This document shows positions 30,747 to 40,350 of a stretch of 64,000 bases of DNA, one piece after another. The notes below the pieces were generated by a model. The model was not told the origin of the DNA and searched no databases. It was given only the letters and a program-made list of their open reading frames with translations. The position numbers and the translations under genes are program-made. The DNA is from an uncultured Candidatus Rokubacteria bacterium (GTDB lineage Bacteria > Methylomirabilota > Methylomirabilia > Rokubacteriales > CSP1-6). The first letter of the stretch is position 1, and each line of letters begins with the position of its first letter. The stretch covers positions 576,001 to 640,000 of the forward strand of contig CAVYTA010000006.1 in assembly GCA_963771355.1 (NCBI GenBank), in the 5' to 3' direction.

Positions 30747-30764
30747 GCCCGGCGCCGAGTCCGC

Positions 30765-30808
30765 TTTACTCAGGATTTACCCGGCCGTCATCAAGCCGTA
30801 ACCCGGGG
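30765..30808 (+). promoter_or_regulatory. Pho-box-like 11-bp direct repeats upstream of the second phoB
   Basis: TTTACTCAGGA / TTTACCCGGCC / GTCATCAAGCC / GTAACCCCGGG at an exact 11-nt period. Confidence 0.6.
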
Positions 30809-30843
30809 CAGTCACTCTCCGGTACGTGAGAGCCGCCGGAGAG

Positions 30844-31608
30844 ATGACGCCCCCCGCGCAGCGACGCCGCCCCGCCGGAGAGCCCGCCAGCCCTCCGGGC
30901 CGGGAGCGGCTCGGCCGGGTCCTCGTGGTCGAGGACGAGCCGGATGTCGCCGAGCTGATCCGCTTCAACCTCCACAAGGAAGGGTACGAGGTCACCGTCC
31001 TGGGCAACGGCGCGGATGCCATCCGCCACGCCCGGGACGGTAAGCCCGACGTGATCCTGCTCGACATCATGGTGCCCCAGCTCAATGGCTGGGAGATCTG
31101 CCGCCGGATCAAGCAGGATCCCGAGACCCGACGCATCCCCGTGATCATGGTGACCGGCCGCGTGGACGAGGGCGACAAGGTGCTCGGCTTCGAGCTGGGC
31201 GCCGACGACTACGTCACCAAGCCCTTTTCACCCCGTGAGCTCGTCGCGCGCGTCCGGGCCGTCACGCGACGAGGGCGCGCCGCCGATGGCGCGGACCGGA
31301 AGCGCCAGCTCAAAGCGGGCGATCTCGAGATTGATCGCGATCGTTTCGAGGTGCGGATGAAGGGCCGCGCGGTCGAGCTCACTCCCAAGGAGTTCGAGCT
31401 CCTCGCGACCCTCGCGGGCGCTCCCGGCCGGGTGTTCGGGCGGGAAGAGCTGCTGGATCAGGTCTGGGGGCGCGATGGATTCGTGGAGCCCCGCACCGTG
31501 GACGTCCATGTGGCCCGTCTGCGCGGCAAGTTCCTGGCCGCCAAGGTGTCCGAGCCCGGGGTGGAGACGGTCCGGGGAGTCGGCTACCGCTACCGGGACC
31601 AGCGTTAA
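30844..31608 (+). CDS. phoB: Second OmpR/PhoB-family response regulator
   Basis: VLVVEDE, LLDIMVP, GADDYVTKPFS, RTVDVHVARLR, ETVRGVGY; directly upstream of pstS. Confidence 0.78.
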   Translation: MTPPAQRRRPAGEPASPPGRERLGRVLVVEDEPDVAELIRFNLHKEGYEVTVLGNGADAIRHARDGKPDVILLDIMVPQLNGWEICRRIKQDPETRRIPVIMVTGRVDEGDKVLGFELGADDYVTKPFSPRELVARVRAVTRRGRAADGADRKRQLKAGDLEIDRDRFEVRMKGRAVELTPKEFELLATLAGAPGRVFGREELLDQVWGRDGFVEPRTVDVHVARLRGKFLAAKVSEPGVETVRGVGYRYRDQR

Positions 31609-31632
31609 CACAAACGTAACATTGCGGTTATG
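31605..31632 (+). promoter_or_regulatory. Pho box upstream of pstS
   Basis: TTAACACAAAC / GTAACATTGCG / GTTATG, 11-nt period, overlapping the phoB stop codon. Confidence 0.7.
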
Positions 31633-31683
31633 TGCCTGAAACACACGCGCGGCACCCTGCGACTAACCGACAAGGAGAAGAAA

Positions 31684-32673
31684 ATGAGAAAGCGAAGCAT
31701 CCTGCCAACTGCGCTGATGATTGCGCTGACGGCGGTCGGCCTGGTGGCCGGCTACGCGGTGGCCAGCGGGCCGCCCAAGCTGGATCCGGCGCTCCCCGGC
31801 TACAAGGCGGTGAGCGGGGTCAGCGGCAATGTCTCGAGCATCGGCTCGGACTCGCTCAACAACCTGATGACCCTCTGGGCCGAGAGCTTCGGCAAGTTCT
31901 ATCCAAACGCCAAGATCCAGATCGAAGGCAAGGGCTCGTCCACGGCGCCCCCCGCGTTGATCTCGGGCACGGCGCAGCTCGGACCGATGTCGCGCGAGAT
32001 GAAGGGTACCGAGGTGGACGGCTTCGAGAAGAAGTACGGCTACAAGCCGACGCCCATCCGCACCTCGGTGGACGCCCTCGCCGTCTTCGTGAACAAGGAC
32101 AACCCCCTCAAGTGCATGACCATGGCCCAGGTGGACGCGGTGTTCTCCAAGTCCCGTCGCTATGGTCACAAGGAAGACATCAAGACCTGGGGCCAGCTCG
32201 GCCTCACCGGCGAGTGGGCCAACAAGCCCATCAGCCTCTACGGCCGCAACTCGGCGTCCGGGACCTACGGCTTCTTCAAGGAGCACGCGCTCAAGAACGG
32301 GGACTACAAGGACGAGGTGAAGGAGCAGCCGGGCTCGGCCTCGGTGGTGCAGGGCGCGACGGTGGACCGCTTCGCCATGGGGTATAGCGGCATCGGCTAT
32401 GCCACCGCGGGCGTCCGCGCGGTGCCGCTGGCCGAGAAAGAGGGCGCCAAGTGTTACGAGGCCGACCCCGACAACGCCTACGCGGGGACCTATCCGCTCT
32501 CGCGCTTCCTCTACGTCTACGTCAACAAGGCGCCAGGCAAGCCGCTGGACCCGCTGACCCGGGAATTCGTGAAGCTGATGGTCTCGAAGGAAGGGCAGGA
32601 GGTCGTGATCAAGGACGGGTACTTCCCCATCCCCGCCTCCATCGCCAAGGAAGAGCTGAACAAGGTCCAGTAG
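31684..32673 (+). CDS. pstS: Phosphate ABC transporter substrate-binding protein
   Basis: [51 protein letters not shown]. Confidence 0.95.
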   Translation: MRKRSILPTALMIALTAVGLVAGYAVASGPPKLDPALPGYKAVSGVSGNVSSIGSDSLNNLMTLWAESFGKFYPNAKIQIEGKGSSTAPPALISGTAQLGPMSREMKGTEVDGFEKKYGYKPTPIRTSVDALAVFVNKDNPLKCMTMAQVDAVFSKSRRYGHKEDIKTWGQLGLTGEWANKPISLYGRNSASGTYGFFKEHALKNGDYKDEVKEQPGSASVVQGATVDRFAMGYSGIGYATAGVRAVPLAEKEGAKCYEADPDNAYAGTYPLSRFLYVYVNKAPGKPLDPLTREFVKLMVSKEGQEVVIKDGYFPIPASIAKEELNKVQ

Positions 32674-34957
32674 GTGGCACTGAACTCGGACGTTCTCGGG
32701 GCGGGCGGGCCGGCTTCTCCGGCCCGCCCCCTTGTCGTTTCCCGCGCTCGGACGAGCCGCCGCATCGCGCTGGACCGGTGGACCTCTCGGCTCGTCATCC
32801 TCGGCGGCATCATCATCATCGCCGCCATCCTGGCCATCCTCTTCGTCATCGCGGCCGAGGTCTACCCCCTCTTCAAGGCGCCGACCGCATCACTGGTGGT
32901 CACCAGGGGGGCGGCGTCCGCGCCGGCCCCGGGCGAGGCGACGGGAGTGGACGAGTACCGGGAGCTGGCCTATGCGGTGACCTCGGGGGGCACACTCGAG
33001 CTGGTCTCGCTCAAGACCAAGGACTCGGCGGCCCTCGTGCCGATCACCGTCCTCGGCGGCGTTCCCGTCACCACCGTGGCCGCGATCGTAAAGGGGCAAC
33101 ATCTCATCGGTACCGCGGACGGCCGGGCGGTGCCCCTCGAGGTGAACTTCGACGTGACGTTCAAGGACGGTCGCCGGACCGTGACACCACGTCCGGTCAT
33201 CGGCGAGCCCCTGATCCTCGACCCCGACCGCAAGCGGCCCGCTGCGCCAGATCAGCTTCGCGGTGACCCCGACGGGGCCGGTGACGGTGGCGCAGGTCGG
33301 CCCGACCGAGCTGGTCGTGCTGTCGGTGATCGAGAAGAAGGCGCTGATTGGCGGGACCACCAAGGTGGAGACGCGGCTGCCTCTGCCCGTGTCCACGGAC
33401 GGCGAGATCACCGCGCTCCGGCTCGACGGGCGCGGGGAGGACCTGTTCATCGGGACCTCTCAGGGCCGGGTCCTCCACTATGACCTCCGCGAGAAGGGAA
33501 GCCCGACGGTGATGGAGGCGATCACGGTGGGTACGACGCCGGGGACGCCCATCACTGCGCTCGGTTTCCTTCTCGGCGACCGAACCCTGGTGGCCGGCGA
33601 TGCCGCGGGCCGGGTGTCCACCTGGCAGGTCGTCCCGCCTCCGCAAGGGGGAGACCGTCGTCTGACGCGCGTCTACGATTTCAAGCCACACGCAGGGCCC
33701 GTGGTGGCAATCAGCGCCTCGAAGCGGGACAAGGGCTTCGTCACCGCGGACGCCACCGGCCAGCTTCACCTCAACTATGCGACCTCGGGGCAGACCCTGC
33801 TTTCCCCGAAGGCTCCGGGCGGGGATTTGCGAGCCGTCGTGTTCACCCCCAAGACCGATGGCATCGTGAGCGTGGATGGCAAGGGTGTCTGGTCGCAGTG
33901 GGACGTGGACAACCCCCACCCGGAGATCACCCTCAAGACGGTGTTCGGGAAGGTCTGGTACGAGGGCTACTCGAAGCCGGAGTACGTCTGGCAGTCGACG
34001 GGGGGCACCGACGACTTCGAGGCGAAGTTCAGCCTGACCCCGCTCATCTACGGCACGCTCAAGGGCACGTTCTACGCGCTCCTCTTCGCGGTCCCGCTCT
34101 CCTTGCTTGCCGCGACCTACGTGAGCGAGTTCATGCACCCGACGGTCAAGGGGTACGTGAAGCCGGTGGTGGAGATCATGGCCGCCCTCCCGAGCGTTGT
34201 TCTCGGATTCCTGGCCGGGCTGTGGCTCGCCCCCATGATCGAGCGCGTGGTGCCGGGGCTCTTCCTGCTGCCGTTCGTCCTGACCGTGTGCATTCTCGTC
34301 GCGTTCGCGGCGTGGCGCACCGTCCCGCTGGCCATCCGGGGATGGTTCAAGACCGGAACCGAGGTCTTCCTGCTCCTGCCGGTGGTGATCGCGGGCGCCT
34401 GGATCGCCTTCGCGCTGGGCGGGCTGGTGGAGGCGACCCTGCTCGGCGGTAGCTATCGCGGGTGGCTGCTGTCTGCCCTGGGGCTCACGTACGACCAGCG
34501 CAACTCCCTGGTGGTGGGGGTGGCGATGGGCTTCGCGGTGATCCCCATCATCTTCACCATCGCCGAGGACTCGCTGGCCAACGTGCCCCACCACCTCCGC
34601 GCGGGGTCTCTCGCGCTGGGGGCGAACCGCTGGCAGACCGCGCTGCGCATCGTCCTCCCCACCGCGAGCCCGGGGATCTTCTCGGCGATCATGATCGGCT
34701 TCGGACGCGCCGTGGGCGAGACCATGATCGTGCTCATGGCCACCGGCAATACGCCGGTCATGGACTGGAGCATCTTCAACGGCTTCCGGGCGCTGTCCGC
34801 CAATATCGCGGTGGAGCTGCCGGAGGCGCCGGAAGGCGGGACGCTCTTCCGGGTCCTCTTCCTCGCGGCCTTTCTCCTCTTCTGCCTGACCTTCGCCGTG
34901 AACACCATCGCCGAGCTGGTCCGCCTCAAGCTCCGGCAGAGGTACCGGTACCTGTGA
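32674..34957 (+). pseudogene. pstC: Long-form PstC with periplasmic beta-propeller-like domain, split by a 1-nt insertion near 33238-33240 (possibly a sequencing error)
   Basis: N-terminal TM in one frame; KPVVEIMAALPSVVLGF, IPIIFTIAED, GRAVGETMIVLMATGN in the other. Confidence 0.88.
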
Positions 34958-36567
34958 GCTCGCGGCTCGGGAAGACGTGGCGGAGCGGTGAGCCGTTCAT
35001 CTGGCTCACGGGGGGCGCGCTGGCTCTCGCGCTCTTGCTCGTGGCCGGGCTCATCGGGCTCATTCTCTACAACGGGCTCGGGTTCTTCTGGCCCCAGAGC
35101 GTGGCGCGCCTGACTCTCGCCGACGGGAAGGTGATGACCGGCCAGGTGGTGGAGCGCGAGCCCATCCCCGGGAAGGTCGGCGAATACCGCATCAAGATCA
35201 AGGTCGCCAATCGCGATCTCTACGGGGCGGACTTCCAGTGGGTGGACGAGGGGCAGGTCACGCGCCGGGACTACCCGCCCGACGTCGCCGTGGTCGAGCG
35301 GACGGACTGGGGGCTGCTGATCGGCGGACTCGCGGAGGTGCGCGAGGGCGACGCGGTGCTGGCAAAGGGCCCGCAGGCGGCGCTGGCCGAGGCCCGGAAG
35401 CGGATGCCCGAGGCGGCGCGCCTCCGGGCCGAGATTCGCGACATCGAGACCGGAGAGATCGGCTCGATCAATTTCGCCCAGGAGAAGTTACGTCTCCGGG
35501 CCAAGGGGCTCGAGCGCAAGGGCATCATTGCCGGTCCCGAGGTGGAGGCGATCGAGCGCGAGCTGGCCGCGCTGCACTCGCGCTACACGACCCAGGAGGC
35601 GCGGCTCAACGCGCTACGCAAGCAGCAGGGGGCGAGCCTCCTGGTGACGGCGGACGGCGGCAGGGAAAAGGTGCTGCCCCTCGCCCAGGTACTCGACGTG
35701 TACTTCCCCAACGCCATGGGGCTGCCCGCCAAGACGTGGCACTACACGACCCGGGTGTGGGAGTTCGTGTCCGCCGAGCCGCGCGAGTCGAACACGGAGG
35801 GAGGGGTGTTCCCGGCCATCTTCGGCACCGTGATGATGGTGGTGATCATGAGCATCCTGGTGACCCCGCTCGGGGTGCTCGCCGCCTTCTACCTGCGCGA
35901 GTACGCGAAGCAGGGGCCGTTCGTGAGCGCGGTCCGGATCGCGGTGAATAACCTGGCCGGGGTGCCCTCCATCGTGTTCGGGGTGTTCGGGGTCGGCTTC
36001 TTCATCTACTTCGTGGGCGGCACCATCGACCGGCTCTTCTACGCGGATGCGCTCCCCACCCCGACCTACGGCACCGGGGGCATCCTCTGGGCATCGCTGA
36101 CACTGGCGCTCCTCACGGTGCCGGTGGTGATCGTGGCCACCGAGGAAGGGTTGGCCGCCATTCCGCGGGGCATCCGCGAGGCCTCCCTGGCGCTGTCCGC
36201 CACCAAGCTCGAGACGACGCTCCGCGTGGTTCTGCCCGCGGTGATGCCGTCCATCCTCACCGGGCTCATCCTCGCCATGGCACGGGCGGCCGGTGAAGTG
36301 GCGCCTCTCATGATCACGGGGGTGGTGAAGCTGGCGCCGTCCTTGCCCATCGACGGATTCTGGCCCTTCCTGCATCTCGACCGGAAGTTCATGCACCTCG
36401 GCTTTCACATCTACGACGTGGGCTTCCAGTCGCCCAACGTGGACGCGGCGCGGCCCATGGTCTTCGCGACGACCCTTCTGCTCCTCGCCATCGTGGTGCT
36501 CCTCAATCTCTTCGCCATCAGCACGCGCAACCGGCTGCGCCGGAAGTACGCCACCTCGGCGGTCTAG
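34954..36567 (+). CDS. pstA: Phosphate ABC transporter permease (long form)
   Basis: [53 protein letters not shown]. Confidence 0.93.
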   Translation: MSSRLGKTWRSGEPFIWLTGGALALALLLVAGLIGLILYNGLGFFWPQSVARLTLADGKVMTGQVVEREPIPGKVGEYRIKIKVANRDLYGADFQWVDEGQVTRRDYPPDVAVVERTDWGLLIGGLAEVREGDAVLAKGPQAALAEARKRMPEAARLRAEIRDIETGEIGSINFAQEKLRLRAKGLERKGIIAGPEVEAIERELAALHSRYTTQEARLNALRKQQGASLLVTADGGREKVLPLAQVLDVYFPNAMGLPAKTWHYTTRVWEFVSAEPRESNTEGGVFPAIFGTVMMVVIMSILVTPLGVLAAFYLREYAKQGPFVSAVRIAVNNLAGVPSIVFGVFGVGFFIYFVGGTIDRLFYADALPTPTYGTGGILWASLTLALLTVPVVIVATEEGLAAIPRGIREASLALSATKLETTLRVVLPAVMPSILTGLILAMARAAGEVAPLMITGVVKLAPSLPIDGFWPFLHLDRKFMHLGFHIYDVGFQSPNVDAARPMVFATTLLLLAIVVLLNLFAISTRNRLRRKYATSAV

Positions 36568-36595
36568 CACGGCTCCCATGCCCCAGGAGGCTCTC

Positions 36596-37414
36596 ATGGC
36601 TGGAAACGTCGGGATCGCGACAAACCTCAATCCCCGGGCGGAGGCGGCCTCTATACTGGAAAGCCCCATGGTGGAGATCGACCACCTCTCCCTTTATTAC
36701 GGCGAGAAGCTGGCGCTCAAGGACGTGTCCATGTCCGTCCCCAAGCACCGCGTGACCGCCTATATCGGGCCGTCGGGCTGCGGGAAGTCCACCCTGCTCC
36801 GGTGCATCAACCGGATGAACGATCTCGTGGACGGCGTCCGCATCCTGGGGACGGTCCGGATCGGCGGCACCGACATCTACGACCGCGGCATGGACGTCAC
36901 CGAGCTGCGCAAGCGCGTGGGCATGGTGTTCCAGAAGTCCAACCCGTTCCCCAAGACCATTTTCGAGAACGTCGCCTACGGCCCCCGGATCCTGGGGGTG
37001 AAGAGCCGCAGCGATCTCGAGGGTATCGTGGAGCGGAGCCTGCGCGCGGCCGCCCTCTGGGACGAGGTCAGCGACCGGATGCACGAGAGCGCGCTGGGGC
37101 TGTCCGGCGGCCAGCAGCAGCGCCTCTGTATCGCCCGGGCCATCGCGGTGGAGCCGGACGTGCTCCTGATGGACGAGCCCTGCTCGGCGCTGGATCCGAT
37201 TGCCACCGCCCGGATCGAGGAGCTGATGCTCGAGCTCAAGAATAGCTACACCATCGTCATCGTCACTCACAACATGCAGCAGGCGGCCCGGGTGTCGGAC
37301 TATACCGGCTTCATGCTCCTGGGCGAGCTGGCGGAGTACGGCGTGACGCGGGAGCTCTTCACCAATCCGCGGGACAAGCGCACCGAGGACTACATCACCG
37401 GGCGCTTCGGTTAG
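36596..37414 (+). CDS. pstB: Phosphate ABC transporter ATP-binding protein
   Basis: [41 protein letters not shown]. Confidence 0.96.
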   Translation: MAGNVGIATNLNPRAEAASILESPMVEIDHLSLYYGEKLALKDVSMSVPKHRVTAYIGPSGCGKSTLLRCINRMNDLVDGVRILGTVRIGGTDIYDRGMDVTELRKRVGMVFQKSNPFPKTIFENVAYGPRILGVKSRSDLEGIVERSLRAAALWDEVSDRMHESALGLSGGQQQRLCIARAIAVEPDVLLMDEPCSALDPIATARIEELMLELKNSYTIVIVTHNMQQAARVSDYTGFMLLGELAEYGVTRELFTNPRDKRTEDYITGRFG

Positions 37415-37423
37415 GGGGGTCCC

Positions 37424-38080
37424 ATGCAGCGGCACTTCCACGATGAGCTGGACACGCTCAAGCAGACCCTGCTCGCCATGGGCGGGCTGGTCGAGGACCA
37501 GATCCGCCGGGTGATGCGGGCGCTCCTCGAGCGGGACGACGCGCTCGCGCACGACGTGATCGAGCGGGACCGGCAGGTGAACCAGTACGACGTCGAGGTG
37601 GACGAGAAGTGCGTGGAGCTGCTCGCGTTGCACCAGCCGGCGGCGAGCGATCTCCGCTTCATCACCACCGCCATGAAGATCGTCACCGACCTCGAGCGCA
37701 TCGGCGACCAGGCGGTGAACATCGCCCAGCGCGCCATCGAGCTACACCAGGAGCCCCAGCTCAAGCCCTACGTCGACCTGCCCCGGATGGCGGAGATGGC
37801 GCAGCGGATGGTCAAGGAGAGCCTGGATGCCTTCGTGGCGCGCGACACCGCGCTGGCGCGGGCGGTGTGCGCGGGGGACGAGGCGGTGGACGCGCTCAAG
37901 GAGCAGATCTTCCGCGAGCTCCTGACCTTCATGATGTCCGACCCGCGCACGATCCCACGCGCGCTGCGCCTCATCCTGATCTCCCGGTTCATGGAGCGGG
38001 TGGCCGACCACGCCACCAATATCGCGGAGATGGTGATCTACATGGTCGAGGGCAAGATGGTGCGTCACACCCTGGCGTAG
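37424..38080 (+). CDS. phoU: Phosphate signalling protein PhoU
   Basis: HQPAASDLR, TDLERIGD, ERVADHATNIAE. Confidence 0.96.
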   Translation: MQRHFHDELDTLKQTLLAMGGLVEDQIRRVMRALLERDDALAHDVIERDRQVNQYDVEVDEKCVELLALHQPAASDLRFITTAMKIVTDLERIGDQAVNIAQRAIELHQEPQLKPYVDLPRMAEMAQRMVKESLDAFVARDTALARAVCAGDEAVDALKEQIFRELLTFMMSDPRTIPRALRLILISRFMERVADHATNIAEMVIYMVEGKMVRHTLA

Positions 38081-38109
38081 GGCGAACACCGGCCATGTAT
38101 ACTTTGGGC

Positions 38110-39138
38110 GTGAGCGCCGATCGTCGCTATCATCTGCAGTCCGAGGAGGCAAATCGGGCCGTCGACGCGCTCCTCGAGCAGCTCCGCGTACCGGCGGGCC
38201 AGTGGCGTCTCTACTCGGACATGCTCACCACCGTGCTCAAGCTGTACGAGGACGGGGCGGGGGTGGTGGACCTCAAGATCACCAGCGCCGCGCTGAAGGA
38301 GCTCCGCTACGGCTACAAGGTGTTCGCGCCGTGGCGGGGTACTCCCAAGGTCACGGTGTTCGGCTCCGCGCGCACCCCCGCCGACCATCCCGTGTCCCAG
38401 CAGGCTCACGCCTTCGGCAAGCGCATGACCGCGGGAGGCTGGATGGTCATGACCGGCGCCGGGAGCGGAGTGATGGGCGCGGCCCAGGAGGGAGCGGGGC
38501 GGGAAAAGTCCTTCGGGCTCAATATCCGGCTGCCCTTCGAGCAGGAGGCCAATCCCTGGATCCTGGACGACCCCAAGCTCATCACCTTCAAGTATTTCTT
38601 CACCCGCAAGCTATTCCTCGTCCGGGAAGCTCATGCCATGGCGTACTTTCCCGGCGGGTTCGGCACGGCCGACGAGGCCTTTGAGACCCTGACGCTCATC
38701 CAGACCGGCAAGGCGGCGCTGGTGCCGGTGGTGCTGGTGGACGCGCCGGGCGGCAAGTACTGGGAGGCCCTCGAGGGCTTCGTCCGCGAGCACGTCGCCG
38801 GAGAGGGGATGATCTCGCCCGAGGACTTCGCCCTGTATCGGCGCATCGACGACGTGGAGGCGGCCGCGGCCGAGATCGAGCGCTTCTATCGCGTCTTCCA
38901 CTCCCAGCGGTATGTCGGCGACACGCTGATCTTCCGGTTGCGCCGGCCGCTGGAGCCAGGCGCGCTCGCGGATCTCGGGTCACGCTTCGCCGACATCCTG
39001 AGCGGACCGGCCGAGCAGGCCCCGGGTCCCCTCGACGCCGAGGGCGGAGAGCATCCCGAGCTGCCGCGCCTCATCCTACCCTTCAACCGCCGGAGCTACG
39101 GGCGACTGCGCCAGCTGATCGACGCCGTCAACCAGTAG
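38110..39138 (+). CDS. LOG-family (nucleotide 5'-monophosphate nucleosidase-like) protein
   Basis: VTVFGSART, TGAGSGVMGAA, FKYFFTRK, PGGFGTADE; start GTG 38110 or ATG 38095. Confidence 0.88.
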   Translation: MSADRRYHLQSEEANRAVDALLEQLRVPAGQWRLYSDMLTTVLKLYEDGAGVVDLKITSAALKELRYGYKVFAPWRGTPKVTVFGSARTPADHPVSQQAHAFGKRMTAGGWMVMTGAGSGVMGAAQEGAGREKSFGLNIRLPFEQEANPWILDDPKLITFKYFFTRKLFLVREAHAMAYFPGGFGTADEAFETLTLIQTGKAALVPVVLVDAPGGKYWEALEGFVREHVAGEGMISPEDFALYRRIDDVEAAAAEIERFYRVFHSQRYVGDTLIFRLRRPLEPGALADLGSRFADILSGPAEQAPGPLDAEGGEHPELPRLILPFNRRSYGRLRQLIDAVNQ

Positions 39139-39169
39139 TAGCGGGCAGTAGCGGGCCGCCGTAGCGGGC
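39138..39169 (+). repeat. Three copies of GTAGCGGGC between convergent genes
   Basis: Copies at 39138, 39148 and 39161. Confidence 0.7.
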
Positions 39170-39184
39170 GACCCGCGGGCGGCC

Positions 39185-39424
39185 CTACTCGGGCTCCTCG
39201 CGCTCCTCGGTCCACTGGCAGGCGGCGCAAACCCAGGTGCGGAGCAAGGTCACCCGCTGGGGGTCGCGACGGAGCGTCCAGGGTATGAGCTTCTTGGCTC
39301 CGCAGCGGGGACATACCTCGGTGGGTTGACCGGGCTGCACGCTCGACGGGAGCCACGGGACCTTCCGTTGCAGCGGGGCTTTCAGCGGAGCTCGCGACGG
39401 AGGCGGCGGGGGCGACGGCGTCAT
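39185..39424 (-). CDS. Small hypothetical zinc-ribbon protein
   Basis: CPRC...CAAC pair; perfect TATAAT 7 nt upstream of the ATG. Confidence 0.7.
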   Translation of the reverse strand: MTPSPPPPPSRAPLKAPLQRKVPWLPSSVQPGQPTEVCPRCGAKKLIPWTLRRDPQRVTLLRTWVCAACQWTEEREEPE

Positions 39425-39453
39425 GCGCGGGATTATACCGTATCATCGCGGGC

Positions 39454-40341
39454 GTGCGCGCCGAGGTCGTGCTGGTTCTCGCCAACATCGTCTACGCGAC
39501 CTCGTACGTCGCGACCCGCGTCGCGCTCGAGAATGTCCCGCCCTCGACCCTGGCCCTCATCCGGCTCGTCATCGGGGCGCTCATCCTGGTCCCGCTCGCC
39601 TTCGCTCTCCGGAGACCCGAGGCGCCGGCGTTGTCCCGCGCCGACCGGTGGCGGCTCTTCTGGATGGGCGCGCTGGGGTTCGCGGGGGCCTTCGCCTTCT
39701 CGCACTGGGGCCTCGCGCGCTCGACCGCCACGAATGCGGCGCTGCTCATCACGGTGGAGCCCATCACACTGCTGCTGCTGGCACCGCTCGTCCTCGGCGA
39801 GCGGCTCTCGCGGAGGGAAGCGGCCGGTGCCGCGCTCGCGCTCCTGGGAGCGGCGGTCGTGATCGCCAACGGCATTCCCGGTATCTCCCAGACGCTGGTG
39901 CCGCACTGGCGCGGTGACCTCCTCCTCATCCTGGCCGGGGTGGCCTATGCCTCCTACTCGCTGATCGGTCGGGAGATCCTCGCGCGCCATTCCTCTCTCT
40001 CGGTCACCGCGTGGTCGATCGTCTGGGGCGCGCTCGCCATGGTGCCCCTGGCTCTGATCGAGCGGGCGTGGGGGGCGGTGCCCCGGCTCACGCCCTGGGC
40101 GGTCGCCGGCACCCTGTACCTGGCCGTGGTCATCACCGCCCTGGGCTATCTGGCCTGGAACTATGCGCTGGAGCGGGTGTCGGCCTCCCGCGCCGCCATT
40201 TTCCTCAATCTCCAGCCGCTGGTGGGCTCACTGCTGGGGGTGGGATTGCTGGGTGAGCCCTTGACGCCCTATACCGTGGTCGGGGGCGGGCTCATCCTGG
40301 CCGGTCTGAGTCTCACCGTCAAAGGGCAGGGGAAGCGGTAA
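39454..40341 (+). CDS. DMT/EamA-family transporter
   Basis: About ten hydrophobic segments, STATNAALL, LGERLS, WNYALERV, FLNLQPL. Confidence 0.9.
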   Translation: MRAEVVLVLANIVYATSYVATRVALENVPPSTLALIRLVIGALILVPLAFALRRPEAPALSRADRWRLFWMGALGFAGAFAFSHWGLARSTATNAALLITVEPITLLLLAPLVLGERLSRREAAGAALALLGAAVVIANGIPGISQTLVPHWRGDLLLILAGVAYASYSLIGREILARHSSLSVTAWSIVWGALAMVPLALIERAWGAVPRLTPWAVAGTLYLAVVITALGYLAWNYALERVSASRAAIFLNLQPLVGSLLGVGLLGEPLTPYTVVGGGLILAGLSLTVKGQGKR

Positions 40342-40350
40342 GATAGGCCC

